Below, one piece after another: positions 10,031 through 19,431 of a stretch of DNA of 64,000 nt. The stretch is from positions 2,144,001 to 2,208,000 of the forward strand of contig OZ241867.1 in assembly GCA_965203175.1 (NCBI GenBank), in the 5' to 3' direction. A model generated the notes under the pieces. It worked only from the letters and a program-made list of their open reading frames with translations, had not been told where the DNA came from and did not search any database. Origin of the DNA: Candidatus Latescibacterota bacterium. Its GTDB lineage: Bacteria; Latescibacterota; UBA2968; UBA8231. Position numbers and translations under genes: made by a program. The first letter of the stretch is position 1. Each line of letters opens with the position of its first letter.

Positions 10031-11970
10031 AAGTTTTCCCCGAGAATTTTTTCTGCCAATACTTTCTGCTCAGCTTCGACTCGCTGCTGAAGCTGAGCGC
10101 GGCGCTTTTCCCGCTGATAGCGCGCTTCTGCCTCCTGCGCCTCTGCGTCCCGTCCCAACTGGCTGTACGCCCTGCTCAAGTGCCCTTGGACCCGCCAGTT
10201 GCGAGGCTCTAGTTCGGCGAGACGCAACCAATGAGTCAGAGCGTCGCTGGGACGCTCTTGCTCTAACAGTACCTCGCCCAGTAGAAGCAATCCCGCGCGG
10301 TGATCTGGCGCTAGCGCTAGGGCTTGCGAGAGCAGCAGCTCGGCCGCTGCTAGCTGGCCGTTGTGCCGCAAGAGTGCAGCCGCTTCCACCCGCGCTGGCA
10401 CGCCATAGGCCGGACTGTCTAGAAGTTGGCGATAGGCTCGTTCGGCGTCTGCGACCCGCCCACTCGCAGCGTAGGCGCGCGCCAGTTGGTAGCGCACCCG
10501 GCTGCTGTCCGGGCTCAAAGTTAGCAGCCGCACGTAGGATTGCACGGCCTCGTCGAGCGCGCCGCTCGTCAGTTGCGCGTCCCCCAAGCGCCCGAGTAGG
10601 GCCTCCTGTCCGCTGCCTGTGACGAGCTGTTGGTAGATTGTGCGCGCTTCTTGGGAACGGCCCACCGCCATGTAGCGGTCGCCGAGTGCCCGCTGCCCGC
10701 GCTCGTCGGCGGGCCAGCGCGCGACGAATGCCCGGCTGATGCCGAGTGCTCGCTCGGGTTTGCCGCTGGTTTCGTAGAGCGCCGCCAAGGTCCAATACAC
10801 GTCCTTGTCGGAACTACCCGCCGCCAAGGCCTGTTCGTATGCGGCGACCGCCGTGGCCGTCATGCCCAACTCCGCATAGGCGCGACCTAAATAGCGGTGT
10901 TGCGAGGCTTGCGCCGCTTGGTCCATGGCGGGCGTACTGGCGTTGACCAATCCCGCGACTAGCACCAATCCCGCCGCGGCTATCCCCCTCCATACCCAAG
11001 ACAACTGCGCTAGTTGCCCGACCCCACTCACCGCAAAGAGCAAGAGCATGGGAACCAGCACCATGCGCGTCTCGGCATGGGCACCGTAGAGCGCGGTTCC
11101 GACCGCACCGGTTGCGACAAACAGCAGTGCGAGCAAAGCGCCCCGCTCCCGCGCCGCCAAGGCAAAACCCACGCCCAATAGCGCGAGCGGCACGACCAAG
11201 CCGAAGGGAAACGCCAGACCCCATTTCCACAGTAGGGCCGCTAGGACTGTTGAATCGCCGCGCGCGTGGTACATATCCAGCGCGGGCAAGTGCTCCCCGC
11301 CGCGCACGAGGAGGTCGGGCGAGCCGCCCGCATTTGTGACCATCCCTAAAAAATACCACAGCACGAGCGCACAAGCCGTCCCCAGCGCACAGGCCCAACA
11401 CGCCCGCTGCCGTTCTCCTATCCACAGCCACCACAGCACGGCTGGTGCGAAAAGCGCGACTTGCGGCGCGGCTAGCAAGCAAAGTGCTAGCAAAAGCCCG
11501 ATTCCTAAAAACGCCCACCCATTGCTCCGCTGGTCGGTCCACAAAAGCGCCGCTAATAGCGAGAGCACTAGGAATACCGCAAGGACCGGCGGCAGCAAGG
11601 AACCGGTGAAATAGACGGCTGGTCCGTACAGGGCTGCACACAAAGCAGCGATGAGTCCCGTTCCCGGTCCCCAGAGCGCGCGGCCGATTAGGGCCAACAG
11701 CGCGCAACTGACTGCGCCTAGCAGGACTTGGACGTAGCGAGGTGCCAGCCCGGTGGCGACGAGACCGCGCAGAAAGAGTGGGTACAAGGGGCTAGCGACC
11801 GCGGCGTTCCCCTCTCCCCTAGCGGCTTCAATATAAGGCATACTCGCCGCTGTTGGCACCTCCAAGAAGGGGTCTTGCGCGACCTCATCCAGATAGGTCA
11901 GGCGCGGCCAAAGGGCCATGAGCGCAATGCCGATGACGGCTGCGCCGAAGTTGTCGTTGCGCCAAATCAC
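10027..11970 (-). CDS. GT-C (GT39/PMT_2-like) membrane glycosyltransferase fused to TPR repeats
   Basis: PLYPLFL..., Q.LLG..SC, multiple TM helices, then about 8 TPR-like repeats. Confidence 0.7.
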   Translation of the reverse strand: MIWRNDNFGAAVIGIALMALWPRLTYLDEVAQDPFLEVPTAASMPYIEAARGEGNAAVASPLYPLFLRGLVATGLAPRYVQVLLGAVSCALLALIGRALWGPGTGLIAALCAALYGPAVYFTGSLLPPVLAVFLVLSLLAALLWTDQRSNGWAFLGIGLLLALCLLAAPQVALFAPAVLWWLWIGERQRACWACALGTACALVLWYFLGMVTNAGGSPDLLVRGGEHLPALDMYHARGDSTVLAALLWKWGLAFPFGLVVPLALLGVGFALAARERGALLALLFVATGAVGTALYGAHAETRMVLVPMLLLFAVSGVGQLAQLSWVWRGIAAAGLVLVAGLVNASTPAMDQAAQASQHRYLGRAYAELGMTATAVAAYEQALAAGSSDKDVYWTLAALYETSGKPERALGISRAFVARWPADERGQRALGDRYMAVGRSQEARTIYQQLVTGSGQEALLGRLGDAQLTSGALDEAVQSYVRLLTLSPDSSRVRYQLARAYAASGRVADAERAYRQLLDSPAYGVPARVEAAALLRHNGQLAAAELLLSQALALAPDHRAGLLLLGEVLLEQERPSDALTHWLRLAELEPRNWRVQGHLSRAYSQLGRDAEAQEAEARYQREKRRAQLQQRVEAEQKVLAEKILGENL

Positions 11971-11973
11971 GCG

Positions 11974-14643
11974 CTATTCCAATCCCGCATAGATCGTTAT
12001 AAAGGTCTGACTCGTGTACCGCGCCTCTTTCTCTTTGAAGTCCTGGCGCTCGATGCGCAGCCCGGCTAGGGCGTGGAGGCTGTAACCCAAGTACTGAGAC
12101 TGATTAGTAAACTGAACCGCGCCGGTAATGGAGTTGAAGTCATTGGCATCGACGTCGAAGTCGTTAAAAATCAGGTACTCGATGCCTGCTTGGAGCTGGG
12201 TGGCTCTCAGGAGGCGAGTTTCGACGACGGCCGAAAACAGTTCGTAGAGGCTGGTGGAATGCTCTAGGGCAAAGAGGCTGCGCGACTGCTTGCGGAACTC
12301 GCTTTTCCAGCGCGGCTCCAAACTCAACTGGCCCAAGGCATAGCGGTAGCTGGCCTTGTTAATCACCCCAAAGAAGAAATCTTGTTCGTCTAGCTCTAGG
12401 GCCTGCCGGCGGGCTTCGCTCATTAGCTGGCGGAAGCGCACGTAGTTGACTTTGGTCTGTACGCGATAGGAGGTCGATTGCAAGTTGTGCCCTACAAAGA
12501 GCTGGTTGATCCAAGTGTCGCGGGCCAACAAGGGGTCTTCGACCTTGGTCAACTCGCCGCCGCGCAAGGTATTGTCCGGTGCCCACTGCAAGAGGGGATT
12601 GGGAATGTCGTCTTCTACCAATTTGCTCATTTCAAAGAAGCGCAAGCGCCCAAAGCGCGGGGAGTTGTTGTCGTACGTCACGAGGGCGTAGGTGCTCTTG
12701 TTTTGCTGGTTCGACGAGATGAGTTCCTCGCGCAGCGCGCCGACCATCACCTTGAACTGCGGCGTCAAGTCGGCACCCCCGTACACATTGTACCCGCGGT
12801 GGTCGCGGCGATAGGGGTAATCTGGCTCTTCGTCGTTTTCGTACTGGTCGATCCAGAAGTTGTTGTTCATGTCCATCCCGAAGAGAAATTCCGGACGGTC
12901 GGAATGGAAGCGGAGGAAAGGCTCTTCGTAGTCGGGCACGGCGTTGGAGCGCACGAAGTTGTCGTTTTGGTTGATGTCGGGCACGAAGTCGTTGTTTTGG
13001 TCCCAGCCCGGGAAGACTTGGGAATCGCCTTGGAGCCAGTCGAAGCGCACTGTGTCGGGGTAGCGGTCTTGGTCGTCGTTGTCTTCGACGAGTTCGACGA
13101 TACCCTCGCGCTCGCTGTCGTATTCGATCTCGCCCGTGCCCGTGGTGACAAAGGTCCGCGTATTGTAGAGCGGATCCATGCTGTACGCCTCGCCGAAGAC
13201 AAAGAAGGGGTCAGCCTTTTTGGACGCGTTCACCATCCAAGCCGGTGCCCGGCGGCGACCGCCGATGCCGGACGTAGTGTGGTGCTCGTCGCGCAGGACG
13301 TTGGGGTACTTGCGGTAGCTCACGCTCAAGTCGTATTCGGCGTACAGGTCAAAGCCCTTGTAGTCGCGTATTTCGATGTTGCCGCCGAAGATGTGGGTCG
13401 CTGTCGGCAGGCCGTATTCGAAGCGGATGGTCTGCAAATTGGTGATGTCTTGCACGTTGCCGTCGGCTTGGGCCACGAGCAGTAGCACGGCCTCCCCGTC
13501 GCGGTTGACTTGGCGGTCAGAGGTTATCCAGACCTGGTAGTCGTTGCCCAGCACGAGGCGGAACTCGACTTTGACGATGTCCTCTTTGGGAAACGAGGCC
13601 CGATCGACAAAGGCCGGGCTGTCGAAGTCGTAGCTGAGGCGTATCTCCTCGGGGCCGTTGGCGGCGATGTAGCCCTGCTGGACAAAACCACCCTCGATGA
13701 CCGGCTCGAACTGGATGTCTTTGCCGGCATCGACGGTGCCGTCCTCGTAGGTGATCAGCACGTCTGAACCGGCTTGGAAGAAGGCGGCCCCGCCCGTTCC
13801 GTCGCCCGGAGAATCGTCGCGCAGGACGATCTGAATCAGCGACACGGTCTTGTTTTGAGCCACGGTCAAAGCACCGGAAAACGGGTTGCCCACTAGGCGG
13901 TCCGAAAGCGTGTTCGACTGGTGGGCGTTGACCGCGTGCAGGCCCAATAGCAAGGCGTCGCTGAGTTGGTAGGCGAAGCGCCCGCCGAAGAGCGTGGTGT
14001 TGTTAGTGCGAAGCACTTCTTGGTTTTCGGTCGTCGAGCCGCCTGGATTGCTCAAGCGCGAATAGATGAGCGTCCCTTCGTAGCGGTCGGTGGCGAGGTC
14101 GAACTGCACGCCGTCCATGCGCGGTTTGGAAAAGACCATCGGCGAGATCACCGAGCGCATCTGCGCGCTGGTCGTCAAGGTGTAGAAGTATTGGCCCTTG
14201 GCGTCTGAGGCGATGACCACGTCGGAAAACCACTGTTGGAAGCGGTCGGACTTGAGCAGCGAGTTGCCGAACTGCTGGGGCTTGCTCTGGGAGTTGTTGA
14301 AGATCAACCAGCCACGGGTGAGAAAATTGCCGTACAAGTCGTAAAAGTAGTCGCCTTCGAGGCTGATATCGACGTAGCGCTGGTAGGGGTTGCGGGCGTA
14401 GTTGGTGTACTGCCACTGGCGCCAGTGGTACTCTTTGTAGAGCTCCTGCGGCACGTACCAGCGGCGCACTGCCGGGTCGAGAACGCCGAGCATGACGTCT
14501 GGCCCTTGAGGTGCAAAGGAGGTTTCGTCGCCCTGTTGCAGCCCTAGGCGCGAGCTGTAATCGACTTGGCCGGCCGCCTCTTGAGCTGCGCCGGCGGCGA
14601 CGAGTAGCAAAACGATGCTTATTCTAATGGTAACAGTGTGCAT
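11974..14643 (-). CDS. Large exported protein with acidic repeats and beta-rich C-terminus (paralog of 3335..5920)
   Basis: LDPAVRRWYVPQEL...NYAR.PYQRYV block and Asp-rich repeats shared with 3335..5920. Confidence 0.75.
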   Translation of the reverse strand: MHTVTIRISIVLLLVAAGAAQEAAGQVDYSSRLGLQQGDETSFAPQGPDVMLGVLDPAVRRWYVPQELYKEYHWRQWQYTNYARNPYQRYVDISLEGDYFYDLYGNFLTRGWLIFNNSQSKPQQFGNSLLKSDRFQQWFSDVVIASDAKGQYFYTLTTSAQMRSVISPMVFSKPRMDGVQFDLATDRYEGTLIYSRLSNPGGSTTENQEVLRTNNTTLFGGRFAYQLSDALLLGLHAVNAHQSNTLSDRLVGNPFSGALTVAQNKTVSLIQIVLRDDSPGDGTGGAAFFQAGSDVLITYEDGTVDAGKDIQFEPVIEGGFVQQGYIAANGPEEIRLSYDFDSPAFVDRASFPKEDIVKVEFRLVLGNDYQVWITSDRQVNRDGEAVLLLVAQADGNVQDITNLQTIRFEYGLPTATHIFGGNIEIRDYKGFDLYAEYDLSVSYRKYPNVLRDEHHTTSGIGGRRRAPAWMVNASKKADPFFVFGEAYSMDPLYNTRTFVTTGTGEIEYDSEREGIVELVEDNDDQDRYPDTVRFDWLQGDSQVFPGWDQNNDFVPDINQNDNFVRSNAVPDYEEPFLRFHSDRPEFLFGMDMNNNFWIDQYENDEEPDYPYRRDHRGYNVYGGADLTPQFKVMVGALREELISSNQQNKSTYALVTYDNNSPRFGRLRFFEMSKLVEDDIPNPLLQWAPDNTLRGGELTKVEDPLLARDTWINQLFVGHNLQSTSYRVQTKVNYVRFRQLMSEARRQALELDEQDFFFGVINKASYRYALGQLSLEPRWKSEFRKQSRSLFALEHSTSLYELFSAVVETRLLRATQLQAGIEYLIFNDFDVDANDFNSITGAVQFTNQSQYLGYSLHALAGLRIERQDFKEKEARYTSQTFITIYAGLE

Positions 14644-14661
14644 GGCGTTCTCTTTTCGCCC

Positions 14662-17600
14662 CTAATAGGCTACCGCGATGAGTTGGGATCGCCGTTGTCC
14701 GGCGCTGTCTTCGGCGTCGGTGTCCACGTCGATCTGGCAGATGTAGAGTCCAGGTGGCACGACGCGGCCATGGTCGTCCTTGCCGTCCCAGATAAAGCGC
14801 TGGTGACCGCCTTGGGCCGTGCCCTCTAAAAGGCGCATGGGCCGCCCGTCGAGGGCCCAAATGCGGACGGCTGCCGGCCGCTCGGCATAGACTTTGAACA
14901 GCGAGAACTCGATTTGGGCGACGTCGTTTACGAGGTCGCCGTTGGGCGTGAAGGGATTGGGCGCGACCGAGAGGTCGCCGACGATCTGCTCGGCACCAAG
15001 CGCGGCGATCGACAGAGTTTGCGACGGCCGCAGCGCAGTGGCGTCGGCAGCGTCAGCGGGCTGATAGGGCGTACCAGCCGCTTGGTTGCGCACCGCCACC
15101 TTTAGCTTGGTGCCGTGGAGGAAGACCTTGGACGCAAAGCGCAGGCGCACGAGTCGGCCGTGGCCGACGACCCACCCTCTGGCGCGGCCTAGCCGGTTGT
15201 ACTGGGCTGCGCTGAGCGTGTCACCGGTCTCGTCGAAAAGCGTCTGGTTGCCCAGACCGACGACCTTGCGGAAGTAGCGCACGGGTCCTTGGGACTCGGG
15301 CGGTAGCTCGTCGTAGGCCGCGCGATCGACTTCCGCTAGCTCTTCTCCGGCAATGCGGAAGTAGCGCACTGCACCGCGCACGGCGTCTGGGAGCAGGGCG
15401 TGCGAGGTCGCTGTCAAGAGCTGGCCGTCGATGCTGGTGGGCACTTCCTCGCCATCGGCAGCCGTGCGAAAATATAGCTGGGGTAGCGCATCGGTGTCGC
15501 TGAGGGCGACCTCTGGGAGGCGCACTAGGAGCGAGTCGCCTTGCAGCATTTGGCCGTCGGTACTTGCCAAGCCCAAGAGCGATTGCGGCGCTCCAGATGC
15601 GAACTGCTCCTCGGTGCCTATTGCCACATCGATAAGCTGCATGTCGAGTCCCGGATCAGCGCTGATGAGCATCTCGTCGAACCCGAGGCTGCGGACCGAG
15701 GTGGGCCGCTCCAAGAACTGGGGTTGGACGAAGATCTCAAAGGTGTCCAGAACCCCCACTTGGGCCTCGGGCGGCCAGACTTCGGCTCGCAGCCCGAGGG
15801 CGACGGGAGTGTGCAACTCTACGGAGAGATTCTCTAGCGCTGGTGCGATCTGGCGGTCCTCGCTGAGCAGGCGGGCCTGAATTTGCATGAATTTGCGCAG
15901 GCTGGGTGACGTTACCGGGTCGCCGGGTTGCTGGTACTGCTGGCTCCAAGCACTCCAGCCCGGGCCTATGGCAAAGGACGTGTCGATTGGCCCTTTGAGG
16001 AAGGCGAGGAGCTTCTTGTGCTCGGCCGCGGTCTTTTCAATGCCATTGCTGTCGTAGAAGCGTATCCGCTGGATAAGTTGGTCGCCAGTGCGGGTGCGAA
16101 TCTCGACTTTAGTGCCCGGCGGCGTGTCGGCCTCCCAGTGGATACTGCCCAAGGTCACCAGCCCAGGCAGCTCAATCAGAGCGGACTCTATCTCGACTTC
16201 CGCGGGCACGCCCTCGGCAAATAGCATCAGTTCGTTGAAGCTAGACCAGAAGCGGTCGGTGCGGTTTTGGGTATCGCCGATGAAGTTGGCGAAAGTCAAT
16301 AAATCGAGGAAGCGCACCTTGCGCACGGGGTCCTGCACATCGTTGAGGTAGCCAAAGAATCCGTGATCGACGTTGGTTACTCGCTCCGGCGGGGTGATTG
16401 CGCGCCAGCGCAGCTTGCCTTGGGCGTCGCGTTCTCCGGTTGATGACCGCATCTGATAGCCTCGGATGTTGCCGCCGACGACGCGGATTTGGTCCAACCA
16501 TACCGTGCCGCCGATGTCGATGGTTAGCACGTTGCCACCCGGGTTGAGGGGGTCTTGGGTGGGTTGCTGATAACGGCTGCTGATATCCCCGTCGAAAGCC
16601 GGTGCCGGCGTCTTGCCAGCCGAGGTCAGGTCCAAAGTGCCGCCACCTTCGACTAGGCCGAGGCTGATGTTGTCTCCCCAGCCCCACGCCTCGACCTCGG
16701 CTAGGCGCGGCAATTCCCGGCGGTAGAATTCCCTGCGCCCGCGGCGCTCTTCCTCTAGGGACTCGTAGGTTTCAGCGTCCACCGGCTCTTCGCGGCCGGC
16801 GAAGTCGCGCACGAAGTGGACGATGTCGCCGCGTTCGTGCGCCGGCAGCGCCTCCCACGCGGCTTGGTCGATTTGCTCGGCCCGCCCGCCGCGCGTGTCG
16901 GTGATTACGATGCGGATGGTTTCGATGACCTTGCCGGTCCAGGCCGGATCGGCGCCGCCTTGGTGCAGTCTCTTGACGCTGCCGGTCCCGCCGGAGGCAT
17001 CTACGAGGCCGAGGTTGACTAGTGCCCCCTCGGTTGCGGCTGCACTTTCAAAGAAGAAGTCGCGCTGCTGGGTATTGGGCCCTTCGTGGGGGACGAACAG
17101 CTCAAAGCTAACCTTGCGATCATCGGTAAGCGATAGTGTCTGGTTCCGTGCCAAGAGGAGGAGGTACTTGAAGAACGGATCGCCCAGTCCCTCTTCGACG
17201 AAGCGCACGGAAATGCCCTCCACGGGCACGGCGCGGCCCAGATCGACCTCGACCCACCACTGCTCGATGGGATCGTCTGGGTCGGGTTCCCAGAAGGTGG
17301 TCGGATCGCCGTCGACGATGTTGGCCGCCATCTCGATGTTGGAGCCAGCGCGGCTGACCCCAGGTCGCACCAGATAGTCGTATACGAAATTTTTCTGGGT
17401 GTCTTGAACGGGTCGGCCGAGCACATCTACTTTCAGGGTGCTATCCACATTGAGGATGCGCGGGTCTTTGTTGGTGATCTCGACCGGACGGGCGATACTG
17501 GGATCGGAAAGGACGTTGTAGATGGAGCGCAGGTGCCGTGGACGCACCGCGCCCGAGTTGTCGATGGTGGTCAGGTGTGCGGGTTTTTTCCAGTGCTCCC

Positions 17601-17721
17601 AGTGGCTGCGCCCGGATACGACGATGCGGTCATCGACGATGTCGTACCCTTGCTGGGCGCTGGCTGGTAGCCATGCCCACAACAGGCAGTACGCGATGGC
17701 ACCCCATTTTATTCTTATCAC
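14662..17721 (-). CDS. Secreted 1019-aa protein with C-terminal PNPFTPNGD / FlgD-Ig domain
   Basis: RBS AAGGAGGT, signal peptide, discoidin-like DGDPTTFW, C-term PNPFTPNGDLVND..WDGKD..PGLY. Confidence 0.8.
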   Translation of the reverse strand: MIRIKWGAIAYCLLWAWLPASAQQGYDIVDDRIVVSGRSHWEHWKKPAHLTTIDNSGAVRPRHLRSIYNVLSDPSIARPVEITNKDPRILNVDSTLKVDVLGRPVQDTQKNFVYDYLVRPGVSRAGSNIEMAANIVDGDPTTFWEPDPDDPIEQWWVEVDLGRAVPVEGISVRFVEEGLGDPFFKYLLLLARNQTLSLTDDRKVSFELFVPHEGPNTQQRDFFFESAAATEGALVNLGLVDASGGTGSVKRLHQGGADPAWTGKVIETIRIVITDTRGGRAEQIDQAAWEALPAHERGDIVHFVRDFAGREEPVDAETYESLEEERRGRREFYRRELPRLAEVEAWGWGDNISLGLVEGGGTLDLTSAGKTPAPAFDGDISSRYQQPTQDPLNPGGNVLTIDIGGTVWLDQIRVVGGNIRGYQMRSSTGERDAQGKLRWRAITPPERVTNVDHGFFGYLNDVQDPVRKVRFLDLLTFANFIGDTQNRTDRFWSSFNELMLFAEGVPAEVEIESALIELPGLVTLGSIHWEADTPPGTKVEIRTRTGDQLIQRIRFYDSNGIEKTAAEHKKLLAFLKGPIDTSFAIGPGWSAWSQQYQQPGDPVTSPSLRKFMQIQARLLSEDRQIAPALENLSVELHTPVALGLRAEVWPPEAQVGVLDTFEIFVQPQFLERPTSVRSLGFDEMLISADPGLDMQLIDVAIGTEEQFASGAPQSLLGLASTDGQMLQGDSLLVRLPEVALSDTDALPQLYFRTAADGEEVPTSIDGQLLTATSHALLPDAVRGAVRYFRIAGEELAEVDRAAYDELPPESQGPVRYFRKVVGLGNQTLFDETGDTLSAAQYNRLGRARGWVVGHGRLVRLRFASKVFLHGTKLKVAVRNQAAGTPYQPADAADATALRPSQTLSIAALGAEQIVGDLSVAPNPFTPNGDLVNDVAQIEFSLFKVYAERPAAVRIWALDGRPMRLLEGTAQGGHQRFIWDGKDDHGRVVPPGLYICQIDVDTDAEDSAGQRRSQLIAVAY

Positions 17722-17733
17722 GATGGCACCTCC

Positions 17734-19338
17734 TTACAGGCGCTCGGCGAATAAGGCGACTTGGCTTTCGCGCTCGGCGCGCAGGCGTTGGATGAGCTCA
17801 TCCATGAGTTCGTTTCTGCGCCTTGCTTCCAAGATACCCCGCGCTTGCGCTCGCGCTTGGGCGAAGGGTTTAATGTCGCCGCCTTCCTTTTGGCGCACTC
17901 GGAATACGGCAAATTGGTCTAGCACCTCTACTGGTCCACCCCATTCGCCGATCTCTGCGGCAAAGGTCGCGTCCACGAGCTGGGGATAGCGCGCCCGCAC
18001 CACCTTGCGCAGGCGCAGCGCCCCGTCGTCGTGCGGATCGCCATGGGTTTCGACGCCTGGACGGGCCAACAGCTCGGCTATGGTGCTGCCGTTTGCGAGG
18101 GCTTCGCGCAACTCCTGGGCCTGCTCGCGGGTGGGCGCGAGGAGCTGGTTGATGTGGACGGATTCGGCCGTGCGGAAGCGCGTTTTGTTCGCCTCGTAGT
18201 ACGCGGCGACTGCCTCCTCGCTGGGGATGGCCTTTGTCGCTGTTTCTACTTTGGTGAGCTGCTGCAAAACGAGGGCCTTCCGCTTGCGCTCGCGCCACTC
18301 GGCGAAGTCGGCCTCTCGATCCCATCCGCGCCGCTGGGCTGCCGCGGTCATCAGATAGGCTGGCAAGAGCGCGGCGCGGGCCAACGAGACGACTTGGGCG
18401 CTGTCTTGCAACGCGCCCCGGAAGCCGACCGAGCGCAGGTCGTGGAGGTATTCGCCCAAGGGAATCGCTCCGCCGTCAAAGCGGTAGAGGGGAAGTGCGG
18501 CGAGCGAGTCGGCGAGCTCCGGCTCGGCCAGCAAGGCTTGCAGGCCCTCGTGGTCCAACTGGAGGCCCAAGGAGCGGCTCAGAGTTTCCACTTCGATTTG
18601 CAGGCGACTCTGCCACTTTTCGCGGTGCGCCGCGCTGGCGGCTTCTGCTGCGTAGTCGGCCTTGTCGGCAGTTCGGTCTTCGACAAAGCGGTAGATCTGC
18701 CAGCCGCCCGCCAGCGGTAGCGGTTCGGCGACTTGGCCGACCGGCAGGGAGAGGAAGGTCTGCGGCGGAATGGCAAAGCGCTGCGCTTGGGTGCGCCCAA
18801 TCCAACCGACGACGCCGTCGCCCTGTGGGGCAAAAAGGTCGTTGGCCGCAAAGTGCTGCGCTAATTCGGCGAAAGGTTCGCCCTCGTGCAGGGCCTGCAA
18901 TACGCGGTGCACATCTTGTTGCTGCCGCACTAGAATCCGCGCAAAGAGCCGCTCGCGGTCAAAGCCCATATCGACGAAGGTGCGCTCGACTTCCTCGGGC
19001 GTCACCTCGACTTGGGGTGCGAGCACTTCGGCTTGGTAGCGCTGGGAGAGCCGCTTGCGGACGAGGGCGTTTAGTTGGTAGCGGACCTCGTCGCTTTGCT
19101 CGATTCCCCTAGCGCGGGCCTCTTGCAGCAGCAGTTCCTGATCGACGAGGGACTGTAGGTGGTCGCGTGCGTCCTCGCTCTGCAAGCCGGGCGGCAAGCG
19201 CTCGACAAAGCGCAGGTACTCGGCCTTGGTGAGGGCCACGTCGCCGATTTGGGCCACGACGGGGTCGTCTGGCGCGCAGCCAAACAGGGCCAAGAGGGCG
19301 ATGGCGCGCCACAGGGAGCGGGGAGTAGCGATAAACAT
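17734..19338 (-). CDS. Lipoprotein parvulin-type peptidyl-prolyl isomerase (PrsA/SurA/PpiD-like)
   Basis: Lipobox LFGC, VVAQIG, LVDQELLLQEA, two degenerate rotamase domains. Confidence 0.8.
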   Translation of the reverse strand: MFIATPRSLWRAIALLALFGCAPDDPVVAQIGDVALTKAEYLRFVERLPPGLQSEDARDHLQSLVDQELLLQEARARGIEQSDEVRYQLNALVRKRLSQRYQAEVLAPQVEVTPEEVERTFVDMGFDRERLFARILVRQQQDVHRVLQALHEGEPFAELAQHFAANDLFAPQGDGVVGWIGRTQAQRFAIPPQTFLSLPVGQVAEPLPLAGGWQIYRFVEDRTADKADYAAEAASAAHREKWQSRLQIEVETLSRSLGLQLDHEGLQALLAEPELADSLAALPLYRFDGGAIPLGEYLHDLRSVGFRGALQDSAQVVSLARAALLPAYLMTAAAQRRGWDREADFAEWRERKRKALVLQQLTKVETATKAIPSEEAVAAYYEANKTRFRTAESVHINQLLAPTREQAQELREALANGSTIAELLARPGVETHGDPHDDGALRLRKVVRARYPQLVDATFAAEIGEWGGPVEVLDQFAVFRVRQKEGGDIKPFAQARAQARGILEARRRNELMDELIQRLRAERESQVALFAERL

Positions 19339-19431
19339 GCTGTTTGATTTAATCAACAGCTAGGCGGGTGTCAAGTTTTTTGCCAAGATGACTAACTGTA
19401 ACTGTATGTAATTCTTGGCTTTATTTGTCTT

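Noticed and set aside
5929-17721. Flagellar hook-capping FlgD genes
   Set aside because: Only the C-terminal Ig-like tail resembles FlgD; the proteins have Sec signals and no flagellar context
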